Of a stretch of 29,801 bases of DNA, positions 10,258 to 19,213 are shown in pieces. The translations under genes were made by a program, and so were the position numbers. Source of the DNA: Myxococcales bacterium. GTDB taxonomy: Bacteria > Myxococcota_A > Polyangia > Polyangiales > Polyangiaceae. The notes below the pieces were generated by a model. That model searched no databases. It was not told the origin of the DNA and worked only from the letters and a program-made list of their open reading frames with translations. The stretch spans positions 1-29,801 of the forward strand of contig JAYTOU010000089.1 of the NCBI GenBank assembly GCA_043747615.1. Reading direction: 5' to 3'. Numbering within the stretch: the stretch's first letter is position 1; each line of letters opens with the position of its first letter.

Positions 10258-11325
10258 TTAAGGCGCCGAGGAGCCTTGGACCAATTTGGTCACTATTCGG
10301 GACCACGGTCGTGCTCCGAGGGCCAGCGCGGCCCGATAAAGCGCGGTATTCGGGGCGGTGAGGTCGGTGAGCTCGATGGTGGGCGCCTCGCGCGAGACGG
10401 CGATGCGGCACCCGAGCGCAATGAGCGGCGCCACGAGAGCGTGTGGGTCGCCCGCCGGATCGACGGCAAACCGACCTAGAATCGACCGCTTGGTGGGCAC
10501 GAACGGAGGATCGAGTGGGGCGATGGCGACGCTGGCTGCGGCGCGCACATGACCTTTTGCATCCACGGTGACCAGCTCGATGGCCTCTGCTGCATCGCGG
10601 TAGGTTCGCGCGAGGTGCGTCGAGATGGACCCGACGAAGGTGGCGTCGATGGCGCGCGGCCGATCGAAACGTAGGTCGCCACTCGAACGCCGTCGCACCG
10701 CAAGCTGCGACTCGAGCATGCCTATCGCCAAGGCATCTCCTGGTTCGGCCACGCGCGCGTGCAGGGCCGTCGGCCAGACCGGGTGGGACGTGCTCATGCG
10801 TGCGCTCCATGAAACAGGCGCGTAGCCGAGACGCTCGTAGAACGCGTGGGCCGGGTTGGGCTCGAGGACTTCGGCGGCCATCACGACAGGGCCGTTTCGC
10901 GAGAGGCTCGCGGCGTGAACGGCGAGCGCCTCGAGAAGCGCGCGACCGACCCTGAGCCCGCGCGCGCGCTCGCCCACGATGAGAGATCGGACCTCGCAGG
11001 TGAACGGGGTCTGCGGTTCGATTCCATGGCGTTCGAACCAGCCCTCCACCTGTCCGACGACGTCTGGATTTCGGGAGCGACCTTCGTTGAACGCGGCGAT
11101 GAGATGAACGTGCCGGCCGAGGACGGGGTGACCGCCACGCACGCGCGCATCTTCGTCGAGACGCACACCGATCCGCTCGAAAACTTTTGGATCGCGCGCG
11201 CTCGCATAGCCGCCCCAGCTCTCGTGCGCTTCCCAAAGCTCGCGCCATAGCCCGGCGATGACGGCTCCTTCGCCGGGCGCGGCCGCCCTCACGTGGATAC
11301 GTTCGAAGGCAGTCACCGCGGCCAT
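10258..11325 (-). CDS. GNAT-family N-acetyltransferase, probably two GNAT-like domains
   Basis: Acetyl-CoA-binding motif LIVGERARGLRVGRALL and NPAHAFYERLGY. The second half starts with a similar 'R.AEPGDA.AI' pattern. Overlaps the truA end by 13 nt. Confidence 0.8.
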   Translation of the reverse strand: MAAVTAFERIHVRAAAPGEGAVIAGLWRELWEAHESWGGYASARDPKVFERIGVRLDEDARVRGGHPVLGRHVHLIAAFNEGRSRNPDVVGQVEGWFERHGIEPQTPFTCEVRSLIVGERARGLRVGRALLEALAVHAASLSRNGPVVMAAEVLEPNPAHAFYERLGYAPVSWSARMSTSHPVWPTALHARVAEPGDALAIGMLESQLAVRRRSSGDLRFDRPRAIDATFVGSISTHLARTYRDAAEAIELVTVDAKGHVRAAASVAIAPLDPPFVPTKRSILGRFAVDPAGDPHALVAPLIALGCRIAVSREAPTIELTDLTAPNTALYRAALALGARPWSRIVTKLVQGSSAP

Positions 11326-12101
11326 GGTTCCCCCGCTTCTGCAGGCAGCTCGAGATCGATGGCTTCGAGCGTGAGCCCGAGACCGGGGGCGGTGATTCCT
11401 GCGCGCCGGCGATCACGCGCGCCGATGGCCACGGCGATCGTTCCCTCCGGCAGGTGACCACGCGCCACGTCGACCAAGGTTCCCACGAGGATGCGGATCA
11501 TGTTGTGGAGGAACGCCGTCCCCTCGATGGCAATGGTCAGGAGGGGCCCTTCGTGCTCGACGATCACCTTGGTCATCGTACGCACGGTCTCGATCCGGGG
11601 ATCGTGCGCCGAGCGGAAAGCCGCAAAGTCGTGGGTCCCTTCGATGAGCGAAGCCTCTCGGCGCAAGAGATCGAGATCTAGCTTCCAGCCCACGCGCCAG
11701 GCCTGGGTGCGCTCGAGGGGATGCCGCACGCGATCGAGGAGCAAGCGGTAGCGGTAGCGCTTCGTTCGCGAAAAAAATCGCGGGTTGTAGCCGGTCGTGA
11801 TCCGTCTTGCTTGGCGCACGCACGCGTCGTCCGGGAGGTGCTGGTTCAGCGCGAGGACCCAGCCGCGCGGAGGAATGTCGAGCGACGCGTCGAAGGCCAC
11901 CATCTGGCTTTCGGCGTGGACGCCGGCGTCGGTGCGGCTGGTACCGCGCGCGCCGCTCGCTCGCGGATCCAGGGCAAAAATTGCTCCTTGAAGCGTTTCT
12001 GCGACGGTGCGCTCGTCGCGTTGGGCGGCCCAACCCTTAAACGCGGTGCCGTCGTACGCGAGCTTGAGGAGCACGCCGAAGCGATCGTTTCTCGGTTCCA
12101 C
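11313..12101 (-). CDS. truA: tRNA pseudouridine(38-40) synthase TruA
   Basis: LAYDGTAFKGW, SRTDAGVHA (catalytic Asp), GTHDFAAF, AFLHNMIRILVGTL, TAPGLGLTL. GTG start at 12101 overlaps the upstream TAG. Confidence 0.97.
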   Translation of the reverse strand: MEPRNDRFGVLLKLAYDGTAFKGWAAQRDERTVAETLQGAIFALDPRASGARGTSRTDAGVHAESQMVAFDASLDIPPRGWVLALNQHLPDDACVRQARRITTGYNPRFFSRTKRYRYRLLLDRVRHPLERTQAWRVGWKLDLDLLRREASLIEGTHDFAAFRSAHDPRIETVRTMTKVIVEHEGPLLTIAIEGTAFLHNMIRILVGTLVDVARGHLPEGTIAVAIGARDRRRAGITAPGLGLTLEAIDLELPAEAGEPWPR

Positions 12102-13270
12102 TACACGACCATATAGCGCCCGGATCGCATGAGCGCAGATCCATCGAGGTCTACGTCGGCGCCAGCGCAGGTCATGGCCAGCCGCGCTCGGGTGGCGACG
12201 GTGCCGCCCGTGAGCTCGGAGAGCGTCGAGCCGAAGGAGATGTGGAGCCCCGGCAAATTCTGGTCGCACGTGAGCTCGCCGATCGGCTGAAGAATTCCGA
12301 CGTTCGTTCCGAGGGAGATTTGCCCGACGCGATCGAGGTTGTGCTCGCGTCGCAAGAATTCCTCGACGCTTCGCTGCAGCGCGAGATCCGTCGAGCGGAC
12401 GTTCTTGCAAACGCCACCTTCGATCTCGACGCGTACCGGATGGCGTTCGAGCAGCCCTGCCGCGGCGCCCGCAAATCCGCCGATGCTGGCGTCGGCTACG
12501 AACGTTCCGTTCACGTCGGCGGGTGCGGTGATCAGCTGCCCCGACGGCAGATCTTCCCACCGCCCGGGGCGCACCACGCCGACCCATTCCACCCAACGGC
12601 GGTCCGCTCCGATCCGCACTTCCAGATCCGATCCTGCGGCGGTGCGAAGGTGAAGCTTCGAGTTGGAACGCATGCGTTGACGCACCGCCCGCGTGGCGTC
12701 GAGGATGCGCGACGGGTCCACCGTGAAACCGGCGAGCATGGACCGCCGCGTGACCCCAAGCATGCTCCCATGCCTTAAATTCAAGGCTTTAACGAGACCC
12801 ACGAGCTCTTCGCGCATGCCAAGCTCACCGTCGTCGCAGCCCACGATGAGGAGCGTCGCCTGTGCTTTCTCGACCTCGTTCCGGACGCCCTCGGGTAGCC
12901 GCCGCAGGGGCCGCTCACCAAAATCTTCCAGCTCCACGACCACCGTCGTCGCCCCGACGTGGCCGGCGCCTTCCTCGATCTCGAGGGCTACATCCTTGCG
13001 AGCGCGATCGCTGACGACGAGCAGGCGTTCACCACGGACGAGCCCGAGCGCGCTCTCCACGATCCGCCGCGACGCATTCACCAGATCGAAATCAATCTCC
13101 GAAAGCCGCGTCGCCGCCACGAGCGGACGCATCGACGGAGGACGCACCGAAGGAGGACGCACCGACGGAGGACGCACCGAAGGAGGACGCGGCAGCCGCA
13201 CGCCCACCGGAGGAATCGAGCGCGCAGTCGGCGCAGCGCCCCGCCTCGTCTTGTCGTCGTCCACCGACAC
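12101..13270 (-). CDS. M29 (aminopeptidase T/thermophilic metalloprotease)-fold protein, likely catalytically inactive, with an N-terminal Pro/Ser repeat
   Basis: Fold motifs LGLVRGERLLVVSD, LHLRTAAGSDLEV, DLPSGQLITAP..VNGTFVAD, GQISLGTN, DQNLPGLHISFG and VDLDG..LMRSGRY. The usual Glu and His-x-Asp ligands are replaced. Confidence 0.75.
   Translation of the reverse strand: MSVDDDKTRRGAAPTARSIPPVGVRLPRPPSVRPPSVRPPSVRPPSMRPLVAATRLSEIDFDLVNASRRIVESALGLVRGERLLVVSDRARKDVALEIEEGAGHVGATTVVVELEDFGERPLRRLPEGVRNEVEKAQATLLIVGCDDGELGMREELVGLVKALNLRHGSMLGVTRRSMLAGFTVDPSRILDATRAVRQRMRSNSKLHLRTAAGSDLEVRIGADRRWVEWVGVVRPGRWEDLPSGQLITAPADVNGTFVADASIGGFAGAAAGLLERHPVRVEIEGGVCKNVRSTDLALQRSVEEFLRREHNLDRVGQISLGTNVGILQPIGELTCDQNLPGLHISFGSTLSELTGGTVATRARLAMTCAGADVDLDGSALMRSGRYMVV
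13125..13190. repeat. 15-bp tandem repeat, about 4.4 copies, encoding (RPPSV)n on the minus strand
   Basis: Units GGACGCATCGACGGA, GGACGCACCGAAGGA, GGACGCACCGACGGA, GGACGCACCGAAGGA and a partial GGACGC, starting at 13125, 13140, 13155, 13170 and 13185. Confidence 0.9.
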
Positions 13271-13273
13271 GAA

Positions 13274-13549
13274 TCAACCCGCCTCGGCTACGTCCGCCGC
13301 TGCATCCCTCATGGCCGGTCCGTCAGCGGGCGCGTCGCTCATGCCGTCTCCGACTTGCGCATCCGGCACCGGCGGGATCATCGTCGCGTCGAGGAGAGGC
13401 GGAGCGGCGGTGCATTTTTGGGACGAGCAAACTCCCGACAAGCAGTCATCGGCCTTGAGACAATCCTCACCGATCGTCCTTCGAGTCTCGGTGCACGCGC
13501 CAATCATGCCAACGAAGAACAAGCAGATGGCGACATGCAACAGACGCAT
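13274..13549 (-). CDS. Small Cys-rich lipoprotein (91 aa)
   Basis: Lipobox IGAC; GEDCLKADDCLSGVCSSQKC is a compact four-Cys module; acidic D-A/G tail. Confidence 0.7.
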   Translation of the reverse strand: MRLLHVAICLFFVGMIGACTETRRTIGEDCLKADDCLSGVCSSQKCTAAPPLLDATMIPPVPDAQVGDGMSDAPADGPAMRDAAADVAEAG

Positions 13550-13563
13550 CGCTCGAGGCTACA

Positions 13564-13845
13564 TCAGTCAGGCGCCGCGTCGCCGTCGATTTTTGCGTCC
13601 CCGGGAGCGTCGTTGCCGCCGTCTACCGCCGTGTCGGCGCCCGTTTCGCCTGCCTCGTCCGCCGCTCCCTCAGCAGACCCGCCCTCGAAGTCCGGGCCAC
13701 AATGCGTGTTCGGCAGGCTGCAGTCGGGCGTTGTTCCGTCAGTCGAGCAACCGCCGTTCGCGAGAAGGACGGCGGGGAGAATTACGAACGCGGCGACGAG
13801 GGCGTCCAGTCTTCGCCGAGCTCGAGCGGGTGCACGCCGAGGCAT
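13564..13845 (-). CDS. Small lipoprotein (93 aa) with a Cys pair and acidic low-complexity tail
   Basis: ATG 13845 overlaps the upstream TGA (TGATG). Basic N-region, hydrophobic stretch and NGGC, then DCSLPNTHC and a D/G/A-rich tail. Confidence 0.65.
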   Translation of the reverse strand: MPRRAPARARRRLDALVAAFVILPAVLLANGGCSTDGTTPDCSLPNTHCGPDFEGGSAEGAADEAGETGADTAVDGGNDAPGDAKIDGDAAPD

Positions 13846-14429
13846 CAGCGACCGCCGGGGACGAACGCGATCGGGACGTTCGCGTCCACGCATCCGCCCT
13901 TCGGGGAAGGGAAATGCCCGGACTGGCGGAACATGTTGGCGACGCACTGACCCACGCCAGCCGACCCCATGTCGTTGCTCGCGACGCCGGCGCTGCACAC
14001 GTTGCCGTTTGGCGCGATGCGCACGCTGATAGAGACTTTGCCTTGCAGCGAGTTGTCTTGCGCGAGCGCCGTGTCGTAGCAGCGGTGTGCTTGTTTGGCG
14101 CGGAAGGCGAGGGCGCTCTCGAGATCGGGAGTCGTGCCACCGGTGCAGTTCTTCTGATCGCATCCGGCGTTGCTGTTGGTAGTCGTCGCGTGTCGCACCG
14201 GCTCGACCGCCGCATCGGGCACCGCGACGGGGAGCGGAATGTCATCGATCCGAAGCACTGGGCCTGAAGATGGAGCGACGACGACCGAGGCTACGGGAAC
14301 GACCGGCGTCGGCTTTTCTCCCCCGCACGTCTTGAAGAGCACGATCGCGACGAGGGCTCCCAACACCAAAACGACGGCGATGTACTTTCCATTTCCGCCA
14401 GTGGGCGGGGGCACGACGCTCGTACTCAT
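13845..14429 (-). CDS. Membrane-anchored AgmX/PglI C-terminal (TonB-C-like) domain protein
   Basis: One TM helix, a Pro/Val linker, then AHRCYDTALAQDNSLQGKVSISVRIAPNGNV....CVANMFR...FPSPKGG..DANVPIAF, the typical myxobacterial AgmX/PglI C-terminal pattern. Confidence 0.8.
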   Translation of the reverse strand: MSTSVVPPPTGGNGKYIAVVLVLGALVAIVLFKTCGGEKPTPVVPVASVVVAPSSGPVLRIDDIPLPVAVPDAAVEPVRHATTTNSNAGCDQKNCTGGTTPDLESALAFRAKQAHRCYDTALAQDNSLQGKVSISVRIAPNGNVCSAGVASNDMGSAGVGQCVANMFRQSGHFPSPKGGCVDANVPIAFVPGGR

Positions 14430-14498
14430 CTCGGGATTGACCTCATGCCTTCGGACGATACGAAAACTCCGTAGCGGACGCGAGTATACAAACTTACG

Positions 14499-15068
14499 TC
14501 AGTCCTCGGACCCGGATTTCACATAAAAGCTCACGGTTGTGTCCCCATAGTGGCGGGTGTCCTCCAAACGCAGCCCCGGGAGGGAAGGGGGCGGGTCTGC
14601 CGTAGCGTGCTCTACGACGATGCGTGCATCGGGATCGATCACCGTCGAGTGTGTGAGGGGCGCAAGGGCGCGGGCGAGCGCGCCGCTGGGTACGTCGGCG
14701 TACGGCGGATCGCAGAAAACAAGCTGAAAGCCATTTCCGTGAAGGAGAACGAGGCAGCGCTCTACGGCCTTGGGAATGATCTTGATCTGCTCGCCGAGAC
14801 CAAGGGCCTCGACGTTTGCCCGAATCGCGAGGAGAGCATCGCGCCCCCGCTCGACGAGGGTTGCGTGCGCGGCCCCGCGCGAGACTGCCTCGAGCCCGAG
14901 CGCGCCCGTCCCTGCGTAAAGGTCGAGGACCCGCGTTTCTTCGATGGCGCCCGCGGAGGTCAAAATGCCAAAGACGGCCTCCCGGACGCGATCCGAAGTG
15001 GGACGCGTTTCGATCCCGCGCGGGGCGCGCAGGCTTCTCGATCGATGAAGACCACCCGTAATCCGCAC
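14499..15068 (-). CDS. rsmD: 16S rRNA (guanine(966)-N2)-methyltransferase RsmD
   Basis: MRITGG, TRPTSDRVREAVF, VLDLYAGTGALGLEAVSRGA, FCDPPY and YGDT motifs. Confidence 0.96.
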   Translation of the reverse strand: MRITGGLHRSRSLRAPRGIETRPTSDRVREAVFGILTSAGAIEETRVLDLYAGTGALGLEAVSRGAAHATLVERGRDALLAIRANVEALGLGEQIKIIPKAVERCLVLLHGNGFQLVFCDPPYADVPSGALARALAPLTHSTVIDPDARIVVEHATADPPPSLPGLRLEDTRHYGDTTVSFYVKSGSED

Positions 15069-15115
15069 ACCGACGCCCTTTGCTAGAGGTCCGAGAAAAA
15101 GGTTAGCCTAGACGC

Positions 15116-16279
15116 ATGTTCGGATTTTTACGCTGGGCGTTAGCGGCACAGGCGACACTTTTCGTCCTCTTCTTTTCGTCGGGCGCGCTCGCGCAGCCGA
15201 AGAGCACGGGCGCGCTTCACGTCCTCACCTTCGACTCCGACGACGCAGAAGACCAGGCCGACGCGTTGAGCACGGCGCTCCGCTCCAGGGTTCGATCGAG
15301 CCCCGGTTGGAATCTCGCGGAGACGTCGAGCTCGCTCAGCATGCTGACCGCCGCGCTCAAGTGCCCACAAAAACCCGACGCAGCGTGCCTCCAGCGGATC
15401 GGCGATCAAATCAAGTCCGACAAGTTCGTGTGGGGCGTCGTCTCCAAGAGCGGTAAGGGCCAGCTCAGCGCCGAAGCCCACCTCTGGACGCGCGGCAAGC
15501 CCGACATCTCTGCGCGTGAGTCGTTCAGCGACAACCTCAAAGATTCGAACGACGACAACATGAAGCGCCTCGCAGGGCACCTTTGGGACAAGCTCACCGG
15601 AACGGTCAGCGCCTCCTTCATCATCGTGCACGCCGGCGAAGGCGAAGGGTCGGTCCTCGTCGACAACGTCGTCCGTGGACAGCTCGATCACGGGCAGACG
15701 AAAGTCGAAGTCGCGCCCGGCACCCATGTCGTCGAAGTCCGCGCGCCCGGCTTTCAGCCTTCACGTCAGAGCGTCCCGGTCACCCTCGGTGCAGACACAC
15801 CGGTCACCCTCACTCTCGTCGCCGAAAACGCGAAGCCGGTCGTCGAGCCGCCGCACGAGGCGGAGAAGTCGGGATCGGGAAGAAAAATTCTCGCGTACAG
15901 CGTCATCGGTCTCGGCGTCGTCGCCGGAGTCGTGGCGGTCGTCGAGGCGGCGCACTGGGGCGGATTGCAGACGAAGATCAATGCCGATCGCCAGGGAAAT
16001 TACGGCGTTGCCGGTCCGGTGGTCGCCGACCCGTGCAGCGTCTCGCCGTCCACGATGCAGGCCGCTCACGCCTGCACTACGAACAAAGACGCAAAGACCT
16101 CGAGCTTGCTCGCGTGGGTTCTTGGCGGCGTCGGCGTCGCAGCCATCGCCACCGGGAGCATCCTCCTCATCACGGATCGGTCCCAAGGCAAAGAATCGGG
16201 AACGACGGCGAAGAAGCTGCGCGTCACTCCGTACGCCGGGCTTCGGTCCGGCGGTCTCCAGCTCGACATGACCTTCTGA
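15116..16279 (+). CDS. Secreted PEGA-domain protein (paralog 1)
   Basis: Signal peptide ending ALA-Q; PEGA-like VLVDN..RG......VEVAPGTHVVEVRAPGF; two hydrophobic Gly-rich segments; ends GGLQLDMTF. Confidence 0.8.
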   Translation: MFGFLRWALAAQATLFVLFFSSGALAQPKSTGALHVLTFDSDDAEDQADALSTALRSRVRSSPGWNLAETSSSLSMLTAALKCPQKPDAACLQRIGDQIKSDKFVWGVVSKSGKGQLSAEAHLWTRGKPDISARESFSDNLKDSNDDNMKRLAGHLWDKLTGTVSASFIIVHAGEGEGSVLVDNVVRGQLDHGQTKVEVAPGTHVVEVRAPGFQPSRQSVPVTLGADTPVTLTLVAENAKPVVEPPHEAEKSGSGRKILAYSVIGLGVVAGVVAVVEAAHWGGLQTKINADRQGNYGVAGPVVADPCSVSPSTMQAAHACTTNKDAKTSSLLAWVLGGVGVAAIATGSILLITDRSQGKESGTTAKKLRVTPYAGLRSGGLQLDMTF

Positions 16280-16307
16280 ACCACCAAGAAGGAAGCGAAG
16301 GGGAAAG

Positions 16308-17498
16308 ATGGTGCGCATGCGTGTCTCGCGGTGGCTCCTGCTGAGCGCTTCGTCTGTCCTCGGTTCCGTCGCGCCCTCGGCGCACGCGCAGCAGCCTCCG
16401 AGATCGGGAGCGGCGGTCCAAGCGGCGTCGCGTTCCGTCGTGTTCCTCACGCTCGAATCCGATGACGCGGAGGACCAAGCGGAAGCCTTGAGCGGCGCGT
16501 TTCGCTCCCGCGTGCGGACTGCGCCGAAGTGGACCCTCAACGAATCCGCGACGTCCCTGAGCCTCCTCACCGCAGCCTTGAAATGCCCTGCGAAGCCCGA
16601 TCCTACGTGCCTCCAGAAGATCGGCGATCAGGTAAAGGTCGATCACTTTTTTTGGGGGGTCATGACGAAGACGCCGCCGAATCAAGTGTCGGCGGAAGTG
16701 CATCTGTGGACCAGAGGAAAGCCCGAGCAGGTCGCGAAGGAAACGTTCAGCGACAACCTTCGCGATCAGAACGATGACCTCCTCCGGAGGATAGCCGGCA
16801 AGGTCTTCGAAAAGCTGACGACGGGAACTACCACCTCGGGCGAGCTCAGGGTGCGCGCCGGTGAAGTCGACGGCACACTTCTCATCGACGGAATGCCGCA
16901 AGGGCAAGTCGAGCACGGAAACGTGATTGTCGAGGTGAAGCCGGGGCTGCACGTCGTGGAGGTGAAAGCCGAGGGCTACGAGCCAATGCGGCAGAGCCTC
17001 GTCATCCGCCCCGGTGCCGAGCTCGTGCTCGATCTTCGTCCGGTGCGCACAGCCGCCGTCCCGCCACCGGAACATCCTTCGAAGCCGGTCTCTACGCGTC
17101 TCATCGTCGAGCTGTCACTCATCGGCATCGGCGTAGGATTTGGGGTCGCGGGTACCGTGTCGGGCGTGCGTTTCTTGTCGCTTCAGGCCGACAACAAGGC
17201 CGATCACACCGCGTACCGGGCCGACGATTTTTGCAACCCGGCTGCCTTTCACACGGCGACCGATCAAGAGCTGAGCGACGCTTGCAGCCGCATCCATCGC
17301 GCGAAATCGGCGCGCACCGCAGAGATCATTCTCTACGGAATTGGAGCGGTGGTTGGAGGAACGGGCCTCGCGTTTCTCCTTGGAGATCCTTACCTCCGCG
17401 GTGCAGACAAAACGACGGCGACCCGCGCGCCGACCGTCCACTTTGCGCCGCGCCTAAGCCCTGGCACGAACGGCATCGACCTCGTGGGAACTTTCTAG
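16308..17498 (+). CDS. Secreted PEGA-domain protein (paralog 2)
   Basis: Signal peptide ending AHA-Q; N-domain closely similar to paralog 1; PEGA-like LLIDG..QG......VEVKPGLHVVEVKAEGY; ends GIDLVGTF. Confidence 0.8.
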   Translation: MVRMRVSRWLLLSASSVLGSVAPSAHAQQPPRSGAAVQAASRSVVFLTLESDDAEDQAEALSGAFRSRVRTAPKWTLNESATSLSLLTAALKCPAKPDPTCLQKIGDQVKVDHFFWGVMTKTPPNQVSAEVHLWTRGKPEQVAKETFSDNLRDQNDDLLRRIAGKVFEKLTTGTTTSGELRVRAGEVDGTLLIDGMPQGQVEHGNVIVEVKPGLHVVEVKAEGYEPMRQSLVIRPGAELVLDLRPVRTAAVPPPEHPSKPVSTRLIVELSLIGIGVGFGVAGTVSGVRFLSLQADNKADHTAYRADDFCNPAAFHTATDQELSDACSRIHRAKSARTAEIILYGIGAVVGGTGLAFLLGDPYLRGADKTTATRAPTVHFAPRLSPGTNGIDLVGTF

Positions 17499-17502
17499 AA
17501 TT

Positions 17503-18225
17503 CTACGTGAAGAGGTCGCTCATCGAGTAGCGCCGCGGTGGCTTTCCGATCACGAAGCGCGCGGCCCGAAGCGCCCCCCGCGCGAAAAGATCGCGGCTCG
17601 AAGCGCGGTGGACAAGCTCGATTCGCTCCCCTTCACCGAGCAGATGAACATGGTGATCACCGATGACGTCACCACCGCGGATCGCGTGCATGCCGATTTC
17701 CGTGGCGGTCCGGGCACCGGGTCGTCCCTCACGCCCGTGCGTGATCGTGCTCCGCTCCGAGCGGGTGCTCTGGGCGATCTCGGCGAGGCGAAGAGCGGTG
17801 CCGCTCGGGGCATCCACTTTGCGTCGGTGATGGGTTTCGGTGATCTCGATGTCGAAATCCGTGCCCAGCATTTCGATCGCGCGCGCCACGAGCACGCCGA
17901 GGACGTGAACGCCCACGCTCATGTTTGGAGCCCAAAAGATAGGTACTCTCGCGCTCGCGGCGTCGAGACAGCTCAAGGTATTTTCGTCGAGCCCGGTGGT
18001 GCCACTGACGATCGCTGCTCCCGCATCCGCGGCGATCACGCTGAGCGCGCGCGTCGCCTCGGGGCTCGAAAAATCGATCACTACCTCCGGTTGAGAGCGA
18101 CCGATGGACGCGAGATCTTCACCCGCGCTCACCTGCGCCACGACCTCGAAGTCGAGCTCGCCGGCCAGGCGAAGCACCGCTTGCCCCATGCGACCGCTCG
18201 CACCGAGGACGGCGAGTCGTGTCAT
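17503..18225 (-). CDS. dapB: 4-hydroxy-tetrahydrodipicolinate reductase
   Basis: GASGRMG, VIDFS, SGTTG, APNMSVGV, ETHHRRKVDAPSGTA, RGGDVIGDH, FARGAL. The start overlaps the dapA stop (ATGA). Confidence 0.97.
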   Translation of the reverse strand: MTRLAVLGASGRMGQAVLRLAGELDFEVVAQVSAGEDLASIGRSQPEVVIDFSSPEATRALSVIAADAGAAIVSGTTGLDENTLSCLDAASARVPIFWAPNMSVGVHVLGVLVARAIEMLGTDFDIEITETHHRRKVDAPSGTALRLAEIAQSTRSERSTITHGREGRPGARTATEIGMHAIRGGDVIGDHHVHLLGEGERIELVHRASSRDLFARGALRAARFVIGKPPRRYSMSDLFT

Positions 18226-19118
18226 TTCTCGTTGGACCGAGCGTAGGACTCGAGGACCGCGGTGATCGCTGCCCGCGCTTTTTCCGAAGCCGGAGCGAGA
18301 GGCCCGCGCACGACGTCGCGAATTTTCCCGCGCATTGCCAGGGCTGCTTTTGCGGGCGCAGGATTGGGCTCGACGAACATGACCTCGTGCACCGGAAGGA
18401 GCGCGAGGTGCGCTCGAAGTGCCTTCACCCGATCGCCGTCGAGCGCAGCCCGCGTGGCATGAACGACCCGCGCTGGAAGCAAGTTGGAGGTCACGCTGAT
18501 GACGCCGCGTGCGCCGACCGAGATCATCGGCAAGGTGAGGGCGTCATCTCCGCAGAGCACCGTCAGTCGATCGCCGAGCCTTCGCATCAAATCTTGCGCG
18601 CGAAGTACGTTGCCCGTGGCCTCTTTCACCGCGACGATATTTTTTGCCGTCTCGCAGAGGCGTACCATCGTCTCCACGCCAAGATCGATCCCTGTGCGCC
18701 CCGGGATGTTGTAGACGACGAGTGGGCACGTGATGGCGGCCGCCACCGCCACGAAGTGCTGGTAGAGCCCTTCCTGGCTGGGCCTGTTGTAGTAGGGCAC
18801 GACCACCATCACGGCGTCCGCGCCCGCAGCCTCCGCCGCTTTGGCGAGCTCGACGGTGTCGTCGGTCGAGTTCGACCCCGCCCCAGCAATGACCTGGGCG
18901 CGTCCGTTGGCCCGTTTCACCGTGCGCTCGATGACCGCGCGTTGCTCATCGTGCGTGAGAGCCGGGCTCTCCCCCGTCGTTCCGCACGGGACAATTCCGG
19001 TGATCCCTCCTTCGATCTGAAGATCGACGAGCGCGTCGAATGCCGCCCAGTCGATGGTCTTCGCCGCATCTTCGGCAAACGGGGTGACGATGGCGGTGTA
19101 CGTTCCTTCGAGTTTCAT
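18222..19118 (-). CDS. dapA: 4-hydroxy-tetrahydrodipicolinate synthase
   Basis: Start ATG 19118 (MKLEGTYTAIVTPF); GTTGES, PYYNRPSQEGL, YNIPGRT, AVKEATG (Schiff-base Lys), GVISVTSN, EPNP. Confidence 0.97.
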   Translation of the reverse strand: MKLEGTYTAIVTPFAEDAAKTIDWAAFDALVDLQIEGGITGIVPCGTTGESPALTHDEQRAVIERTVKRANGRAQVIAGAGSNSTDDTVELAKAAEAAGADAVMVVVPYYNRPSQEGLYQHFVAVAAAITCPLVVYNIPGRTGIDLGVETMVRLCETAKNIVAVKEATGNVLRAQDLMRRLGDRLTVLCGDDALTLPMISVGARGVISVTSNLLPARVVHATRAALDGDRVKALRAHLALLPVHEVMFVEPNPAPAKAALAMRGKIRDVVRGPLAPASEKARAAITAVLESYARSNEK

Positions 19119-19213
19119 CGCGTTTCCTGGGGTGCGGAGGTCTGCGGAAGTGCCGGCGCTTAATCGCTTACTCGAAGGCGGAGCGCAACCGAGGTGATGG
19201 CCCCCGCGACCGC

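Noticed and set aside
12102..12596. Long N-terminal extension of TruA (similar extensions on the VWA, DapA, 1745, 13564, 21850 and 23162 ORFs)
   Set aside because: These are open-frame run-ons typical of high-GC DNA. They overlap better-supported genes and lack family motifs.
13125..13190. Tandem repeat as a CRISPR array
   Set aside because: The 15-bp units are contiguous with no spacers, lie in frame within a CDS, and no cas genes are present.
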